From an uncultured Planctomycetota bacterium (GTDB taxonomy: Bacteria > Planctomycetota > Planctomycetia > Isosphaerales > Isosphaeraceae), in contig CAWJTV010000011.1 in NCBI GenBank assembly GCA_963845755.1, positions 736,001 to 800,000 of the forward strand: a stretch of DNA of 64,000 nucleotides, written 5' to 3'. Below are positions 33,362 through 46,366 of this stretch, one piece after another. Under the pieces are notes generated by a model. It searched no databases and was not told the origin of the DNA. It was given only the letters and a program-made list of their open reading frames with translations. Numbering within the stretch: the first letter of the stretch is position 1; every line of letters starts with the position of its first letter. Made by a program: the position numbers and the translations under genes.

Positions 33362-36334
33362 ATGGCGAATCTGTTGACAGCATCCGTGGTCCGTCAGCTC
33401 GGTTCGCTCTTCGAGGGCGGCTCGGTCGCCGGGCTTTCCGACCGACAGCTCCTCGATCGGTTCGTCACCAGACGCGATGCCGCCGGTGAGGCGGCCTTTG
33501 CCGCACTGGTGGCGCGGCATGGACCGATGGTCCTGGGCGTCTGCCGGCAGCTCCTGGGCGATCGCCATCATGCCGAGGACGCCTTCCAGGCCGTCTTCCT
33601 CGTGCTGGCGCGCCGGGCGCGGTCGATCCGCGACCCCGACCTGCTGGGCAACTGGTTGTATGGCGTGGCGCTGCGGACCGCGCGCAAGGCGAAAGGCCGG
33701 CTGACCCGCCGGCGTCGGAACGAGGAGGAGGCGGTCCTGAGACTTCCGGAGTCGCGACTTCGTCCCGGCCGATCACGCCGCGATCGTTCGCGAGCAGGCC
33801 GAGGCCCTGCACGACGAGGTCGAGAGATTGCCGGTCGTCTTTCGTATGCCGGTCGTGCTCTGCTACTTCGAGGGGCTCTCGCTCGACGAGGCGGCGCGAC
33901 GGCTGGGCTGTCCGGCCGGGACCGTGCACAGCCGCCTGGCCCGGGCGCGCGACAAACTCCGCCGCGGCCTCACCCGCCGCGGCGTCGTCTTGCCCGCCGC
34001 CGCACTCGCCGCGATCCTCGAAGCCAAGACCGTGTCGGCCTCCGTGTCGGCCTCCGTCTCATCCTCCCTGTGCGGCATCACAACCCAGGCCGCGATTGAG
34101 TTTCGCGGCCGGGCAGGCCAGCCTCGGCCTCCGCGTCGCCCTGGCCCAGGAGGTGCTGAGATCCATGCTGGTCCAAAAAATAAAACTCGTCACTTTGACC
34201 TTGCTTGTTCCTCGGCGCCGTCGTCAGCGTCGCGGGCTCTCTGGCTCACGCCCTGGCCATGAACGATGAACCCAAGCGTTCCCCGGCCGGGCCACAACCG
34301 CCGATCGCCGCGAAGACCGGACGACGCCGACCCGAAGCCGGCGCCGGGCCGGATGTTCGTCGTCGGCCGCGTGCTCGATCCGTCGGGCAAGCCGGTGCCG
34401 AGCGCGACGACCATGGTCTACGCGCGGAGCAAGGCGCTGGGAATTCACCGAGCATGTCGCGGATGAAGCCAGGTCCCCATCGGCGATGCCCGCGCCGACG
34501 GAGCGGGACGGTTCCGCATCGACGCCCCGCGGATCTCGTCGTCGCGGTACGATCAGTTCGGCGCCGTCGCGATCGCGCCCGGCTATGGCGCGGGCTGGGT
34601 CGACCTCGACCCCGACGCCGATCGGCCGGCCGCCGACATCACGCTCCGGCCCGAGCAGGTCATTCAGGGCGGGCGTTTGACCTGCAGGGCCGGCCGGTCG
34701 CGGGCGTCGCGATCGTGATCGAAGTGATGGGTCGAGTGAAGAGCCCTGACCTGGGCAACCGGAACTGGACTTCGCGGAGTGCTCTTCTGGTGGCTCGAAC
34801 CCCCGGCCTACCCGCGTGGCCCAAGCCGGCGACCACCGACGCCGAGGGACGATTCGCCATCCACGGCGTCGGACGGGGCTTGCGGGTCGTTCTCCGACCG
34901 ATGACCCGCGATTCGCCACACAGCGAATCGTGGTCGATACGGACGACGGACCCACCGAAGCCATGACCATGGCGCTGGAGCCTGCCAGGATCATCAAGGG
35001 ACGCGTGACTTATGCCGACACCGGTAGGCCCGTTCCGCATGCGCTGCTCGGGGCCCAGGTCGTATACAGGTAGTGCCGGCCTCACGGAATTCGAGACCGA
35101 CGCCGAGGGTCGGTTCCGCATCAATCCCTCATCCGGCGATGTCTATTTCGTCCTGGCCTATCCCCCCGCGGGTGAACCCTACCTGACCACGAGTCATCGC
35201 CTCGACTGGCCCAAGGGCGCGGTCGAGCAGTCGCTGGACCTGGCCCTGCCGCGCGGCGTTCTGATCCACGGTACAGTCACCGAGGAAGGATCCGGCAAAC
35301 CTATCGCGGGCGCGGCGATCCGCTTCATCGCGTTCGAGGAGCGGCAACTCAACGCCGCCCTGCGGAGCGGCAGCTCCGTCCTTGACACCGGAGCCGATGG
35401 CTCGTTTCGATTCGGGGCCCTCGCCAGCCCGGGCTATCTCTCCGTCATGGCCCCCAATGACGATTACGTCTTCCAGGAGATCAGCCGCCGGATGGTTGTC
35501 GATGGCCATCCCGGTGGCCGGCGGTTCTATTCGCATGCCAACATCCGGCTGGACCTGAAGCCGGGCGTCGGCGAGAAGGAAGTCCGCGTCACGCTCCGGC
35601 GTGGGATCACGGTGAGAGGTCGGGTTGTCGGGCCGGACGGCCAGCCGGTCCACGATGCGCGGATGATCAGCCGGGGCCTCCTCCAACCGTCACCCAGTCC
35701 CTGGCGGTTCTGGCTGGTCGACCACGCCTACGGCCACGTGCGCGACGGACGGTTCGAAGTCCACGGGCTCGACCCCGATGCCGAGACCCCTGTCCATTTC
35801 CTCGAGCCGAACCGCAAGCTGGGCGCGACGGTGATCCTCTCGGGCAAGTCGATCGCCCTGATGACGATCGCGAACCGCTCAGGTGGGATTGCGGCGGGCG
35901 CGACGGATGGTTTCTCGGACAAGGCCACGACCCGTGGGCCGATCACCGTCCGGCTCGAACCCTGCGGCGCCGCCAAGGCCCGACTGGTGGAACCCGACGG
36001 CAAACCGATCGCGGGACGTCCACTCCGTCGGGTCGTCACGATGGTCGTCACTCCCGGTTCACTCGGCACTCTCGCGAACGAGAAGGCCGGCCTCCTCGCC
36101 GCCGACGAGGCCTACCTGAACCAGGTTGACCCGGTTGACTACGAGAATCCGCCCGCGTCCGATGCCGACGGCCGCATCACGCTCCCCGTCCTGATCCCGG
36201 GCGCGACGTATCGCCTCGTCGACTTCACGACCGCCCGCGATCCGGGAGGTCCTCAGATCCGCAAGGAGTTCACCGTCAAACCCGGCGAAACCCTCGACCT
36301 GGGCGACATCCGGATCGAGAAGCCGGAGCGATGA
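33362..36334 (+). CDS. Array copy E: membrane-anchored ECF sigma fusion (multiple frameshifts)
   Basis: MANLLTASVVRQLGSLFEGG..; region 4 FRMPVVLCYFEGLSLDEAA; ends RIEKPER. Confidence 0.85.
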
Positions 36335-36394
36335 CCGATGCGGCGATCCCATCTGGGTTTCCATCGCGGATTCGCCGATAATCGAACTCAACCC

Positions 36395-36424
36395 GGGATA
36401 AACGGGGCCTCGGCACCACAGTAT
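36395..36424 (+). promoter_or_regulatory. Putative ECF-type promoter GGGATA-N18-CAGTAT (copy F)
   Basis: GGGATA 36395-36400, CAGTAT 36419-36424. Confidence 0.6.
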
Positions 36425-36454
36425 CTCGCGAGGGGATGAGAAACGATCGGACTG

Positions 36455-36610
36455 ATTCACCACAGAGTCACAGAGAACACAGAGAAAACCGTCTGCTGCA
36501 TCCTGGTCTCGTCGAGCGCCTGGGAATCGCCTCCTGCCGGAGGATCGCACCGAAGACCAGGATTGGCGAGTCATTCTGTCTTCTCGGTGCTCTCTGTGTC
36601 TCTGTGGTGA
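36455..36610. repeat. CACCACAGAG/CTCTGTGGTG inverted-repeat element
   Basis: attcaccacagagtcacagagaacacagag ... ctctctgtgtctctgtggtga. Confidence 0.7.
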
Positions 36611-36652
36611 GTCATCCGGGTCTTCGACGTTTCGCCGAGAGAGTCTGCGTTC

Positions 36653-39518
36653 ATGGCGTACCTGGCATCGGGGTCGTTGGTCCGTCAACTCGGTTCGCTC
36701 TTCGAGGGCGGCTCGGTCGCCGGGCTCTCCGACCGGCAGCTCCTGGAACGGTTCAGCACCGGCCCGCGCGATGCCATCGCCGAGGCGGCCTTTGCCGCCC
36801 TGGTGACCCGGCACGGGCCGATGGTCCTGCACGTCTGCCGGCAGACCCTCGGCGACCAGCACCATGCCGAGGACGCCTTCCAGGCGGTCTTCCTCGTGCT
36901 GGTCGCAAGGCCCGGTCGATCCGCGACCCCGACCTGCTGGGAAACTGGCTCTATGGGGTCGCGCCTCCGCACGGCCGCAGTGCGCCCGGCTCCAGCTCGC
37001 CCGCCGGCGCCGGCGCGAGGAGGGCGAAACTATGAGGCGAGGTGGTCCTGGTCCGGGCTGGTCGGCCCCGGTCGAATCGACGGTCCCGCCGGCCGAACAG
37101 CCGGTCCTGGACCGCGAGCAGGCCGAGATCCTGCACGACGAGATCAGCCGCTTGCCGAAGTCGTTCCGCCGGCCGGTGGTGCTCTGCTATTTCGAAGGGC
37201 TCACGCTCGACGAGGCCGCGCGGCGGCTCCGCTGCCCGGCCGGCACGCTCCGCAGCCGATTAGCCCGGGCGCGCGACAAGCTCCGCCGCGGCCTCACCCG
37301 CCGCGGCATCGTCTTGCCCGCCGCCGCCCTGGCCGCAGCGTTGAGCCACCGATCGGCCTCGGCATCCGTCTCATCGCCTCTGTGCGACATCACGACCCGG
37401 GCCGCGATCAGCTTCGCGGCCGGAGACGCCGCCGCGCCCGCCGCGACGGCCCTGGCCCGGGAGGTGCTAAGGTCCATGCTGATTCACAAGTTGAAGCTCA
37501 CTGTGCTGACGATCCTGTTCCTCGGCGCCGTCGCCAGCGGCGCGGGTTCATCGGCCAGGCACCGGAGCGTCAGGCTGGGAAGCCCGACGAGCAAGACCGT
37601 CAGGCTGGAAAGCCGGACCTACGACCGGCCCCGGGCCGGATGTTCGTCGTCGGCCGCGTGCTCGATCCTCAGGGCAATCCGGTGCCGGGCGCCGCGGTGA
37701 TGGTCCATGCGCGGCTCAAGCTGTCGGGACGGGGCGACCCGTACGCGAGATTGAGTCCGGTCCCGATCGGCCACATGGAGAGCGACGGCTCGGGCCAGTT
37801 CCGGATCGATGCGCCCCGTCTCTCATCGTCGCGGTATGACACGTTCTGCGCCGTCGCCCTGGCCCCCGGCTATGGCGTCGGCTGGGTCGAGCTCGATCCC
37901 GACGACGATCAGCCCACCGCCGACATCGCGCTCCGCCCCGAACAGGTGATCCACGGCCGCCTCTTCGACCTGCAAGGCCGGCCCGCCCGGGACGTCACCG
38001 TCTCGGCCGCGTCCATCGGCCGCGACCTTCCCGATGATTCGGCCTCGCGTGGTCGGCGCTTCGAAGGGCTCTCTTATCGATGGACAAATCTTAATCATTT
38101 CCCGGCCTGGCCCAAGCCGGCGACCACCGACGCCGACGGCCGCTTCACACTTCGTGGCGTGGGTCCGGACTCGCGTGTGCGCCTCACCGTCAACGATCCC
38201 CGGTTCGCCCTGCAACGCATTCAGGTCGACACGGATCGCGCCTTGGATTCCAAGCCGCTGACGATGGCACTGGCTACCGGCCCAGACCATCACCGGCCGC
38301 GTGACTTATGCCGACACCGGCCGGCCGGTTCCTCATGCCCGGCTCGAGGTCGGGGCGACCCATAAGGGCGCAACCCAACCCCTCGAATACGAGACCGACG
38401 GCGAGGGACGATTCCGCGCGAATCCCTCGCCAGGTGACCGCTATAGCGTCTCGGCCTATCCCCCGGAAGGGCAGCCCTACTTGGGCGCTGGCCAGTCTTT
38501 CGAGTGGCCAAAAGGGGCGGTCAAGCATTCGGTCGACCTGGCCTTGGCTCGGGGCGTCGTGATCCGCGGCAGGGTCACCGAGGAAGTTTCCGGCAAGCCG
38601 GTCGCCGATGCGAGGGTCTGGCTCACGGGACGGCGCTCGACCGACCGTTCGAATTCACGCAACGCCGAGAGCTGTTCGGGTCCGGATGGCTCGTTCCTGC
38701 TCGCGGTCCAGGCCGCACCGGGCTATCTCGTCGTCGAGGGACCCAGCGACGATTACGTACTCCGGGAGCTCGGCCAACAGATGATCAGCCAGGGCCGGCC
38801 GGGTGGCCAGCGCGTGTACTCTCACAGCTTCATCGCCTGCGACCCCCGATCCGGCAGCAACGGCCTGAAAATCAACGTCGTGCTCCGCCGAGGCATCACC
38901 GTGCAGGGGCGAACCCTCGCGCCGGATGGACAGCCCACCCAGGACACCCGCCTGTTCAGCCGGATCCTGCTCGAACCGTATCCCATACCCTGGCGGAGTT
39001 GGAGCTTTTCTTCCCGTATTGGCACAGTGCGCGACGGCCGTTTCCAGATCCACGGGCTCGACCCCGACATCGCGGTGCCCGTCTACTTCCTTGAGCCGAA
39101 GCGCCGGCTCGGCGCCACGGCCCATCTTTCGGGCAAGTCGGCGGCCGGCGGGCCGGTCACCATCCGCCTCGAACCGTGTGGCACGGCCAAGGCTCGACTG
39201 GTCGAATCCACGGGCAAGCCGATCGCCGGATATCGCGGTTCGCGCCTGATCGCGGTGGTCGTCACTCCCGGCTCGTTGTCCAGCCGCCGACCCCAACCGA
39301 ACGATGACCGCCTGGCAGCCGATGTCGCGAGCATGGGGGAAATCGACCCGATCGACAACGGGAATGGGCCGGTGTCCGATGCCCAGGGACGGATTGCGCT
39401 CCCTGGCTTGATCCCGGGCGCGACCTATTGGGTCTCCCGACTCGGTAAGGAATTTACGGTCAAGCCTGGCCAGACCCTCGACCTGGGCGATATCTTGATC
39501 GAAAGACCACGACCGTAG
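36653..39518 (+). CDS. Array copy F: membrane-anchored ECF sigma fusion (multiple frameshifts)
   Basis: Sigma part near-identical to copy C; exported part most like copy G; ends LIERPRP. Confidence 0.85.
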
Positions 39519-39599
39519 AGTGGGTGGAGCTGAACCCCTGTCGGCGCAACCCCTCGATCGGCCGAGCCTTGCGTCAGGCGCATTTTTCGGACCCAACCT

Positions 39600-39629
39600 G
39601 GGATACGATGACCTAGGGCGCAACAGTAC
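39600..39629 (+). promoter_or_regulatory. Putative ECF-type promoter GGGATA-N18-CAGTAC (copy G)
   Basis: GGGATA 39600-39605, CAGTAC 39624-39629. Confidence 0.6.
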
Positions 39630-39671
39630 CTCGCGTGGGGATGAGTTTCACTTCCAGAGAGGTCCGCGGTC

Positions 39672-42517
39672 ATGGTGTATCTGGCATCGGGGTCGTTGGT
39701 CCGGCAACTCGGGCTCGCTCTTCGAGGGCGGCTCGGCCGCCGGGCTCTCCGACCGGCAACTGCTGGAGCGGTTCAATGCGCGGTCGCGATGCCGGCGCCG
39801 AGGCGGCCTTCGCCGCCCTGGTGACCCGGCACGGACCGATGGTGCTGGGCGTCTGCCGGCAGCTCCTCGGCGATCGACACCATGCCGAGGACGCCTTCCA
39901 GGCCGTCTTCCTCGTCCTGGTCCGCAAGGCGCCGGTCGATCCGCGATCCCGACCTGCTGGGAAACTGGCTCTACGGCGTGGCCCTCCGCACCGCCCGGTG
40001 CGCCCGGCTCCCGGCTCGCCCGTCGTCGCAGGAACGAAGTCTGACCCCGGCGACGGTCCGCCAGCCCCGGTCGAGCCGACCGTCCCGCCGGCCGAGCAGG
40101 CCGTCCAGGCCCGCGAGCAAGCCGAGGCGTTGTACGACGAGATCGAGCGGCTGCCCACGGCCTTCCGACTGCCGGTTGTTCTGTGTTACCTCGAGGGCCT
40201 CACCGTTCACGAGGCGGCGCGACAGCTCCGATGGCCACACGGCACGGTCCGCAGCCGGATGGCCCGGGCACGCGAAAAGCTCCGCCGCGGCCTCACCCGC
40301 CGCGGCATCGTCTTGCCCGCCGCCGCCCTGGCCGCAGCGTTGAGCCACCGATCGGCCTCGGCATCCGTCTCATCGCCTCTGTGCGACATGACCACCCGGG
40401 CCGCGATGAGCTTCGCGGCCGGAGACGCCGCCGCGCCCGCCGCGATGGCCCTGGCCCGGGAGGTTCTGAGGTCCATGCTGATTCACAAGTTGAAGCTCAC
40501 TGTGCTGACGATCCTGTTCCTCGGCGCCGTCGCCAGCGGCGCGGGGTTCATCGGCCAGGCACCGGAGCGTCAGGCTGGGAAGCCCGACGAGCAAGACCGT
40601 CAGGCTGGAAAGCCTGACCTACGACCGGCCCCGGGCCGGATGTTCGTGGTCGGCCGCGTGCTCGATCCTCAGGGCAATCCGGTGCCGGGCGCCGCGGTGA
40701 TGGTCCATGCGCGGCTCAAGCTGTCGGGACGGGGCGACCCGTACGCGAGATTGAGTCCGGTCCCGATCGGCCACATGGAGAGCGACGGCTCGGGCCGGTT
40801 CCGGATCGATGCGCCCCGTCTCTCATCGTCGCGGTATGACACGTTCTACGCCGTCGCCCTGGCCCCCGGCTATGGCGTCGGCTGGGTCGAGCTCGATCCC
40901 GACGACGATCAGCCCACCGCCGACATCGCGCTCCGCCCCGAACAGGTGATCCACGGCCGCCTCTTCGACCTGCAAGGCCGGCCCGCCCGGGACGTCTCGG
41001 TCTCGGCCTTTTCCATCGGCCGCGTCCTTCCGGGAGATCCGCGCCTGCCCCGTGCGCGGTTCGAAGGGCTCTCTTATTTCTGGACACAAATCAATGACTT
41101 CCCGGCCTGGCCCAAGCCTGCGACCACCGACGCCGACGGCCGCTTCACCCTGCGCGGCGTGGGCCGGGACCTGCGTGTTCTCCTCACCGTCAATGATCCC
41201 CGGTTCGCCCTGCAACGAATTCAGGTCGAGACGGATCGCACCTCGGATTCCAAGCAACTGACGATGGCACTGGAGGCCGCTCAGATCATCACCGGCCGCG
41301 TGACGTATGCCGACACCGGTCGGCCGGTTCCTCATGCCCGGCTCGAGATCGAACCGATTCTGAGGGGCGCAACCCGACCCCTCGGATACGAGACGGATGG
41401 CGAAGGACGCTTCCGGGTGAATCCGTCGCGAGGTGACCGCTGTGTCGTCAAAGCCTTCCCCCCGGAAGGGCAGCCCTACCTGACCGCCCGCCAGGATTTC
41501 GAGTGGCCCAAAGGGGCGATCGAGCATCCGGTCGACCTGGCCCTGTCTCGGGGCATCGTGATCCGCGGCAAGGTCACCGAGGAAGGCTCCGGCAAGCCGG
41601 TCGCGGAGGCGAGAGTCTGGTTCCATGGACGGCGCTCGACCGACCGTTCGAATCCGCGCGTGGAGATGAGCGGCTCGGGGCCGGACGGCTCGTTTCTCCT
41701 CGCGGTCCCCACCTCCCCGGGCTATCTCGTCATCGCGGGCCCCAGCGACGATTACGTACTCCGGGAGATCGGCCGGCGGATGCTGGACGAGGGCCTGCCG
41801 GGTGGCCGGCGCATGTACTCCCACGGCTTCATCGCCTGCGATCCCCGATCCGGCAGCAAGGGCCTGGAAATCAACGTCGTACTCCGCCGAGGCATCACTG
41901 TGCAGGGTCGGGTCCTGGCGCCCGATGGGCAGCCAACCCAGGAGACCTGGATGTTCAGCCGGATCATGCTCGATCCCGCTCCCGTATCATGGCGGATTTG
42001 GGGGGTTCCTTCCAATTACGGCACGGTGCGCAACGGCCGCTTCCAGGTCCACGGACTCGACCCCGACATTGAGGTGCCCGTGTATTTCCTCGAGCCGAAG
42101 CGCGGACTCGGCGCCGTGGCCCATCTTTCAGGCAGGTCGGCGGCTGGCGGGCCGGTCACCATCCGACTCGAACCGTGTGGCACGGCCAAGGCTCGGCTGG
42201 TCGACTCCATCGGGAAGCCGATCGCTGGATATCGTGGCTCGCGCCTGATTGCATTTGTCGTCACTCCCGGCTCATTCTCCAGTCGCCCCCAGGATAACGA
42301 TGGCCGTCTGGCAGCCGATGTTGCAGGCTTGAGCGAAATGGACCCGATCAACTTCGGGAATAGCCCGGTGTCCGATGCCCAGGGGCGGATTGCGATCCCG
42401 AGCTTGATCCCCGGCGCGACCTATCGGGTCTTTCGACTCAGTAAGGAATTCACCGTCAAGCCCGGCGAGACGCTCGAGCTGGGTGATGTCCGGATCGAGA
42501 AGCCACGGCCACGGTAG
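39672..42517 (+). CDS. Array copy G: membrane-anchored ECF sigma fusion (compensating indels near the 5' end)
   Basis: ATG 39672 MVYLASGSLVRQL; AEDAFQAVFLVL; LPTAFRLPVVLCYLEG; TM; ends RIEKPRPR. Confidence 0.87.
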
Positions 42518-42530
42518 GGTGTTCTCCCCG

Positions 42531-42800
42531 TCAATCCTGAGATCCGAGCAGTCGCTCACGAACCGATTCGATCGAGGAAACGCGACCGCTCCGGACATCC
42601 TCGCGCGCCCGCTCCACCACGTCCCGGAACGACGGGTCGTGTTCGATCAGGTCCTCGAGAAACCCGGAGTCGTCCGGACGAATCGGCAGCAGCTCGAAGA
42701 TCGGCTGACCCTCCCGGGTCACGACCACGGGCGACGTCTGGCACTCGACCGCATAGCGTTCAAGGTTCGCTTTCGCTTCCTGTAGGTCGATCACTGTCAT
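42531..42800 (-). CDS. Phd/YefM-like antitoxin (paralog of 32637-32906)
   Basis: MTVIDLQEAKANLERYAVEC..PVVVTREGQP. Confidence 0.8.
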   Translation of the reverse strand: MTVIDLQEAKANLERYAVECQTSPVVVTREGQPIFELLPIRPDDSGFLEDLIEHDPSFRDVVERAREDVRSGRVSSIESVRERLLGSQD

Positions 42801-43101
42801 GAGCCGTGTACTCCTTCCCCAGGACATAGAGCTGATTCCCGCGCTTCTCGCCCACCACGAGCACGTTCACGGTCCGTTCTTCTTCGGCGACATCATACAA
42901 GATACGATAGTCGCCCAGGCGGAGTTCCCAGGTCGCCACCGGATTCGGACGCATCCGTTTGACGCGACGTGTTTCTTGCGTGGGCTGATGGCGGAGATGA
43001 AGCTCGATGCCATCAAGTACAATCCGCTGTGCGTATCGAGTAAGCCCGCCCAGATGACTGGCCGCTTCATCCGCGATGTTGATCGCATATGCCTCAGCCA
43101 T
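42760..43101 (-). CDS. RelE/ParE family toxin (paralog of 32866-33213)
   Basis: MAEAYAINIADEAASHL...WELRLGDYRILYDV. Confidence 0.85.
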   Translation of the reverse strand: MAEAYAINIADEAASHLGGLTRYAQRIVLDGIELHLRHQPTQETRRVKRMRPNPVATWELRLGDYRILYDVAEEERTVNVLVVGEKRGNQLYVLGKEYTAHDSDRPTGSESEP

Positions 43102-43168
43102 GGGCGAACCCGGAGATTGGGACGGTATTCCCATGCATTATGACGCTCTTCCCTTTTCCGGACAACCC

Positions 43169-43198
43169 GGGAGAAAATCATCGGCATCAGGGCAGTAT
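43169..43198 (+). promoter_or_regulatory. Putative ECF-type promoter GGGAGA-N18-CAGTAT (copy H)
   Basis: GGGAGA 43169-43174, CAGTAT 43193-43198. Confidence 0.6.
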
Positions 43199-43269
43199 CC
43201 CGTGTGGGGATGAAAACGACACCGCGTGCGACGCTCGGAACGATCTCGACCAGGAGAGGGCCTGACGGT

Positions 43270-46191
43270 ATGTCGCCTGTGACAACTCCATCGGTGGTCC
43301 GGCAGCTCGGGTCGCTGTTCGACGGCGGTTCCGTCGCCGGACTCTCCGACCGTCAGCTCCTCGAGCGGTTCAACGACCGCCGCGATGCCACCGGCGAGAC
43401 CGCCTTCGCCGCCCTGGTGGCCCGGCACGGGCCGATGGTCCTGCACGTCTGCCGGCAGATCCTCGGCGACCACCAGCATGCCGAGGACGCCTTTCAGGCC
43501 GTGTTCCTCGTCCTGGCGCGCAAGGCCCGGTCGATCCGCGACCCCGACCTCCTGGGAAACTGGCTGTATGGGGTCGCGTTGCGAACCGCCCGCAAGGCAC
43601 GAACCCAACTTGCCCGCCGGCGCAAGCATGAGGAGGGCGACGCCATGAACCGTCCCGGCACATTGGTCGAACCGATGGTCGAGCCGGCCGGAGGGTCGGT
43701 CCTGGCGCGCGAGCAGGCCGAGATCCTTCACAGCGAGATCGACCGCCTGCCCGGCCCGTTTCGCCTGGCGGTGGTGATGTGCTATCTCGAGGGCCTGACC
43801 CTCGACGAGGCCGCCCGACGGCTCAAATGCCCGGCCGGCACGATCCGCAGCCGCCTGGCCCGGGCCTGCGACAAGCTCCGCCGTGGACTCACGCGCCGGG
43901 GCGTCGTCGTGTCTGCGGCCGGCCTGGCCGCCACCTTGAGCCCTCGAGCCGCATCGGCAGCCGTCTCATCCCCCTTGTGCGAGATGACGACCCGGGCCGC
44001 GTTCGCGTTCGCGGCCGGACAGGCCGCCGCGCCCGCCGCGACGGCGATTGCCCAGGAGGTGATCCGATCCATGTTCGTGACCAGACTGAAATTCACCGTG
44101 ATGCTCTTGCTGTTCCTCGGTGCCGTCGCCGCCGGTGCGGGATTGGTTGGGCAGGAGCCAGACCGTCAGGCTGGAAAGCCTGACGTACCGCGTCAGGCTG
44201 GAAAGCTTGACCGACACGCTGCCCCGGGGCGGATGACCGTCGTCGGCCGGGTGTTCGACCCGTCGGGCAAGCCGGTGCCGAACGCGTCGGTGATGGTTTA
44301 CGCGCGGCTCAAGCAATTCGCGAATCCGGTCATCCGGGCCGGCGGCCTCGGCCTGGGCCCGCCGGTGACCGATTCCGGGCGCGTGCGAGGATTCGGGCCG
44401 GTTCCGGCTCGACGCGGCGCGGACCGCGTCGTCGCGAAACAGCCTGCTCGTCGCGGTTGCCCTGGCGCCGGGTTACGCGATGGGCTGGGTCGAGCTCGAC
44501 CCCGACGCCGATCAGCCCACCGCCGAGATTGCACTCCCGCCCGAACAGATCGTCCGGGGCCGGCTCTTCGACGTACAGGGCCAGCCCGTCCCGCGCGGCG
44601 GTCGTGGTGCGGTCGGTCAGCCTGATCGTCGATCGCCAACTGGGCAGTCCGCTGTTCCGGCCCGATTACTTCGATCGGCCGACGATCGACCTGCCCGCCT
44701 GGCCCAGACCGGCGATCAGCGATGACGCGGGCCGCTTCACCCTCCGCGGCCTGGGGCCCAAATTCGTGACCCAGGTCACCGTCGATGACGCGCGGGGCGT
44801 CCTTCCGCCAACCCTGATCCAGACCGACCACACCATCGACCCCAGAGACTTTGGCACGCTCTTACCCGTGATCAAGGTCGACACGGGCCCGGATCCCAAG
44901 CCGCTGACGATCGCCTTGCAGCCGACCCGCACCGTTTCCGGGCGCGTCACTTACGCCGATACCGGCCAGCCCGTCCCCCACGCTCGGCTCCTGCTCGGGA
45001 CCACGCTAGTCCAGGCCGATGGCGAGGGACGGTTCCGCGCGACCACGCCTCATGGCCGCGAGTTCGGGAACATCAAGGCTCAGTCGGCGGACGCACTGCC
45101 ATACCTGAATGTGTCGAAGTCGTTCAACTGGCCCAAAGGCGCGGTTGAGCATACGGTCGACCTGGCGCTGCCTCGCGGCGTGGTGATCCGCGGCAAGATC
45201 ACCGAGGACGGCACCGGAAAACCGATCGTCGGTGCGGTCGTGCTGTTTACCCCCTACAGCTCGGCACGAGCGAACAAGCAGGAGAGACACAATCCGACCT
45301 CGTCCGCCACCGACCCCGACGGCGCGTTCCAGGTCGTGGCGCCGGCCGGTCCGGGCTACCTGGTCGTCCAGGGTCCCAGCGACGATTACGTGCTCCGGGA
45401 GTTCGGCGCGAAGGGTGGGGAGTTCTATGCCGAGCCGGGCAACCGGCGTTTCTACGCCCACGCCTACACGTTCCTCGACCTCAAACCCGAGAGCGTCAGC
45501 CAGGACGTCAACCTCACGCTCCGTCCCGGCACGACCATCACGGGCCGAGTCCTCGGGCCGGATGGCCAGCCCGTCCGTGACGCATGGATCTTCAGCCGGG
45601 TCATCCTGCACGAGGTCCCCTCGGGAGGGTGGAAGATCTGGAATGTCAACTACGGCCGAGGCCGAGGCCAGGTTCACGACGGCCGCTTCGCGCTGCACGG
45701 GCTGGGTCCGGACGAGGAGGTCACGGCGTACTTCATCGAGCCGAAACGGGACTGGGGCGCCGCGGTCAAAGTCTCGGCCAGATCGGCCGCGGCCGGGCCT
45801 CTCACAATTCAGCTCGAGCCCTGCGGCACGGCCACCGCGCGGCTGGTCGGACCCGATGGGAAGCCGCTCGTCCGCTACACCTACCCGTTGATCTCGATGG
45901 TCGTCACGCCGGGCCTGCCATTCCAGGGCAACCTGGCGAAACCCGGCGGCCTCTTGGCCAACGCGGTGCGACTCGACGAAGTCGCCCCGCGCCATTACCA
46001 GAACCCTCGCGAATCCGATGCCCAGGGGCGGATCACGTTCCCGGCCTTGATCCCGGGTGCGCACCTATCGCCTCATCCACCCCAGCCAAGACGCAGGTGG
46101 ACGCATCCAGATCCGCAAGGATTTCACCGTCAAGCCTGGCGAGACCCTCGATCTGGGTGATATCCTGATCGAGAAGCCGCAAGCCCGGTAG
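43270..46191 (+). CDS. Array copy H: membrane-anchored ECF sigma fusion (several frameshifts)
   Basis: MSPVTTPSVVRQLGSLFDGG..; LPGPFRLAVVMCYLEG; TM RLKFTVMLLLFLGAVAAG; ends KDFTVKPGETLDLGDILIEKPQAR-TAG. Confidence 0.85.
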
Positions 46192-46231
46192 AGATGTTCG
46201 AATCCATCCGCAAAGGCGAGGCACACGCCTA

Positions 46232-46309
46232 TGCTAAAAATCCAGCACTTAAGTATTGACAGCTCGGTCGATCCTGCTATTCTTTTAGCATAATGCTAGT
46301 TTTCTAGCA
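46232..46309 (+). promoter_or_regulatory. Second copy of the blaI-type promoter with three TGCTA-N6-(T/C)AGCA boxes
   Basis: Boxes at 46232-46247, 46275-46290 and 46294-46309; TTGACA 46256-46261; same geometry as 8534-8611. Confidence 0.75.
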
Positions 46310-46366
46310 GGAAAGGAACCGTAAGTGCAGTAGGATGCACGGATCCAAGGGACGGTCCGAGAACCC

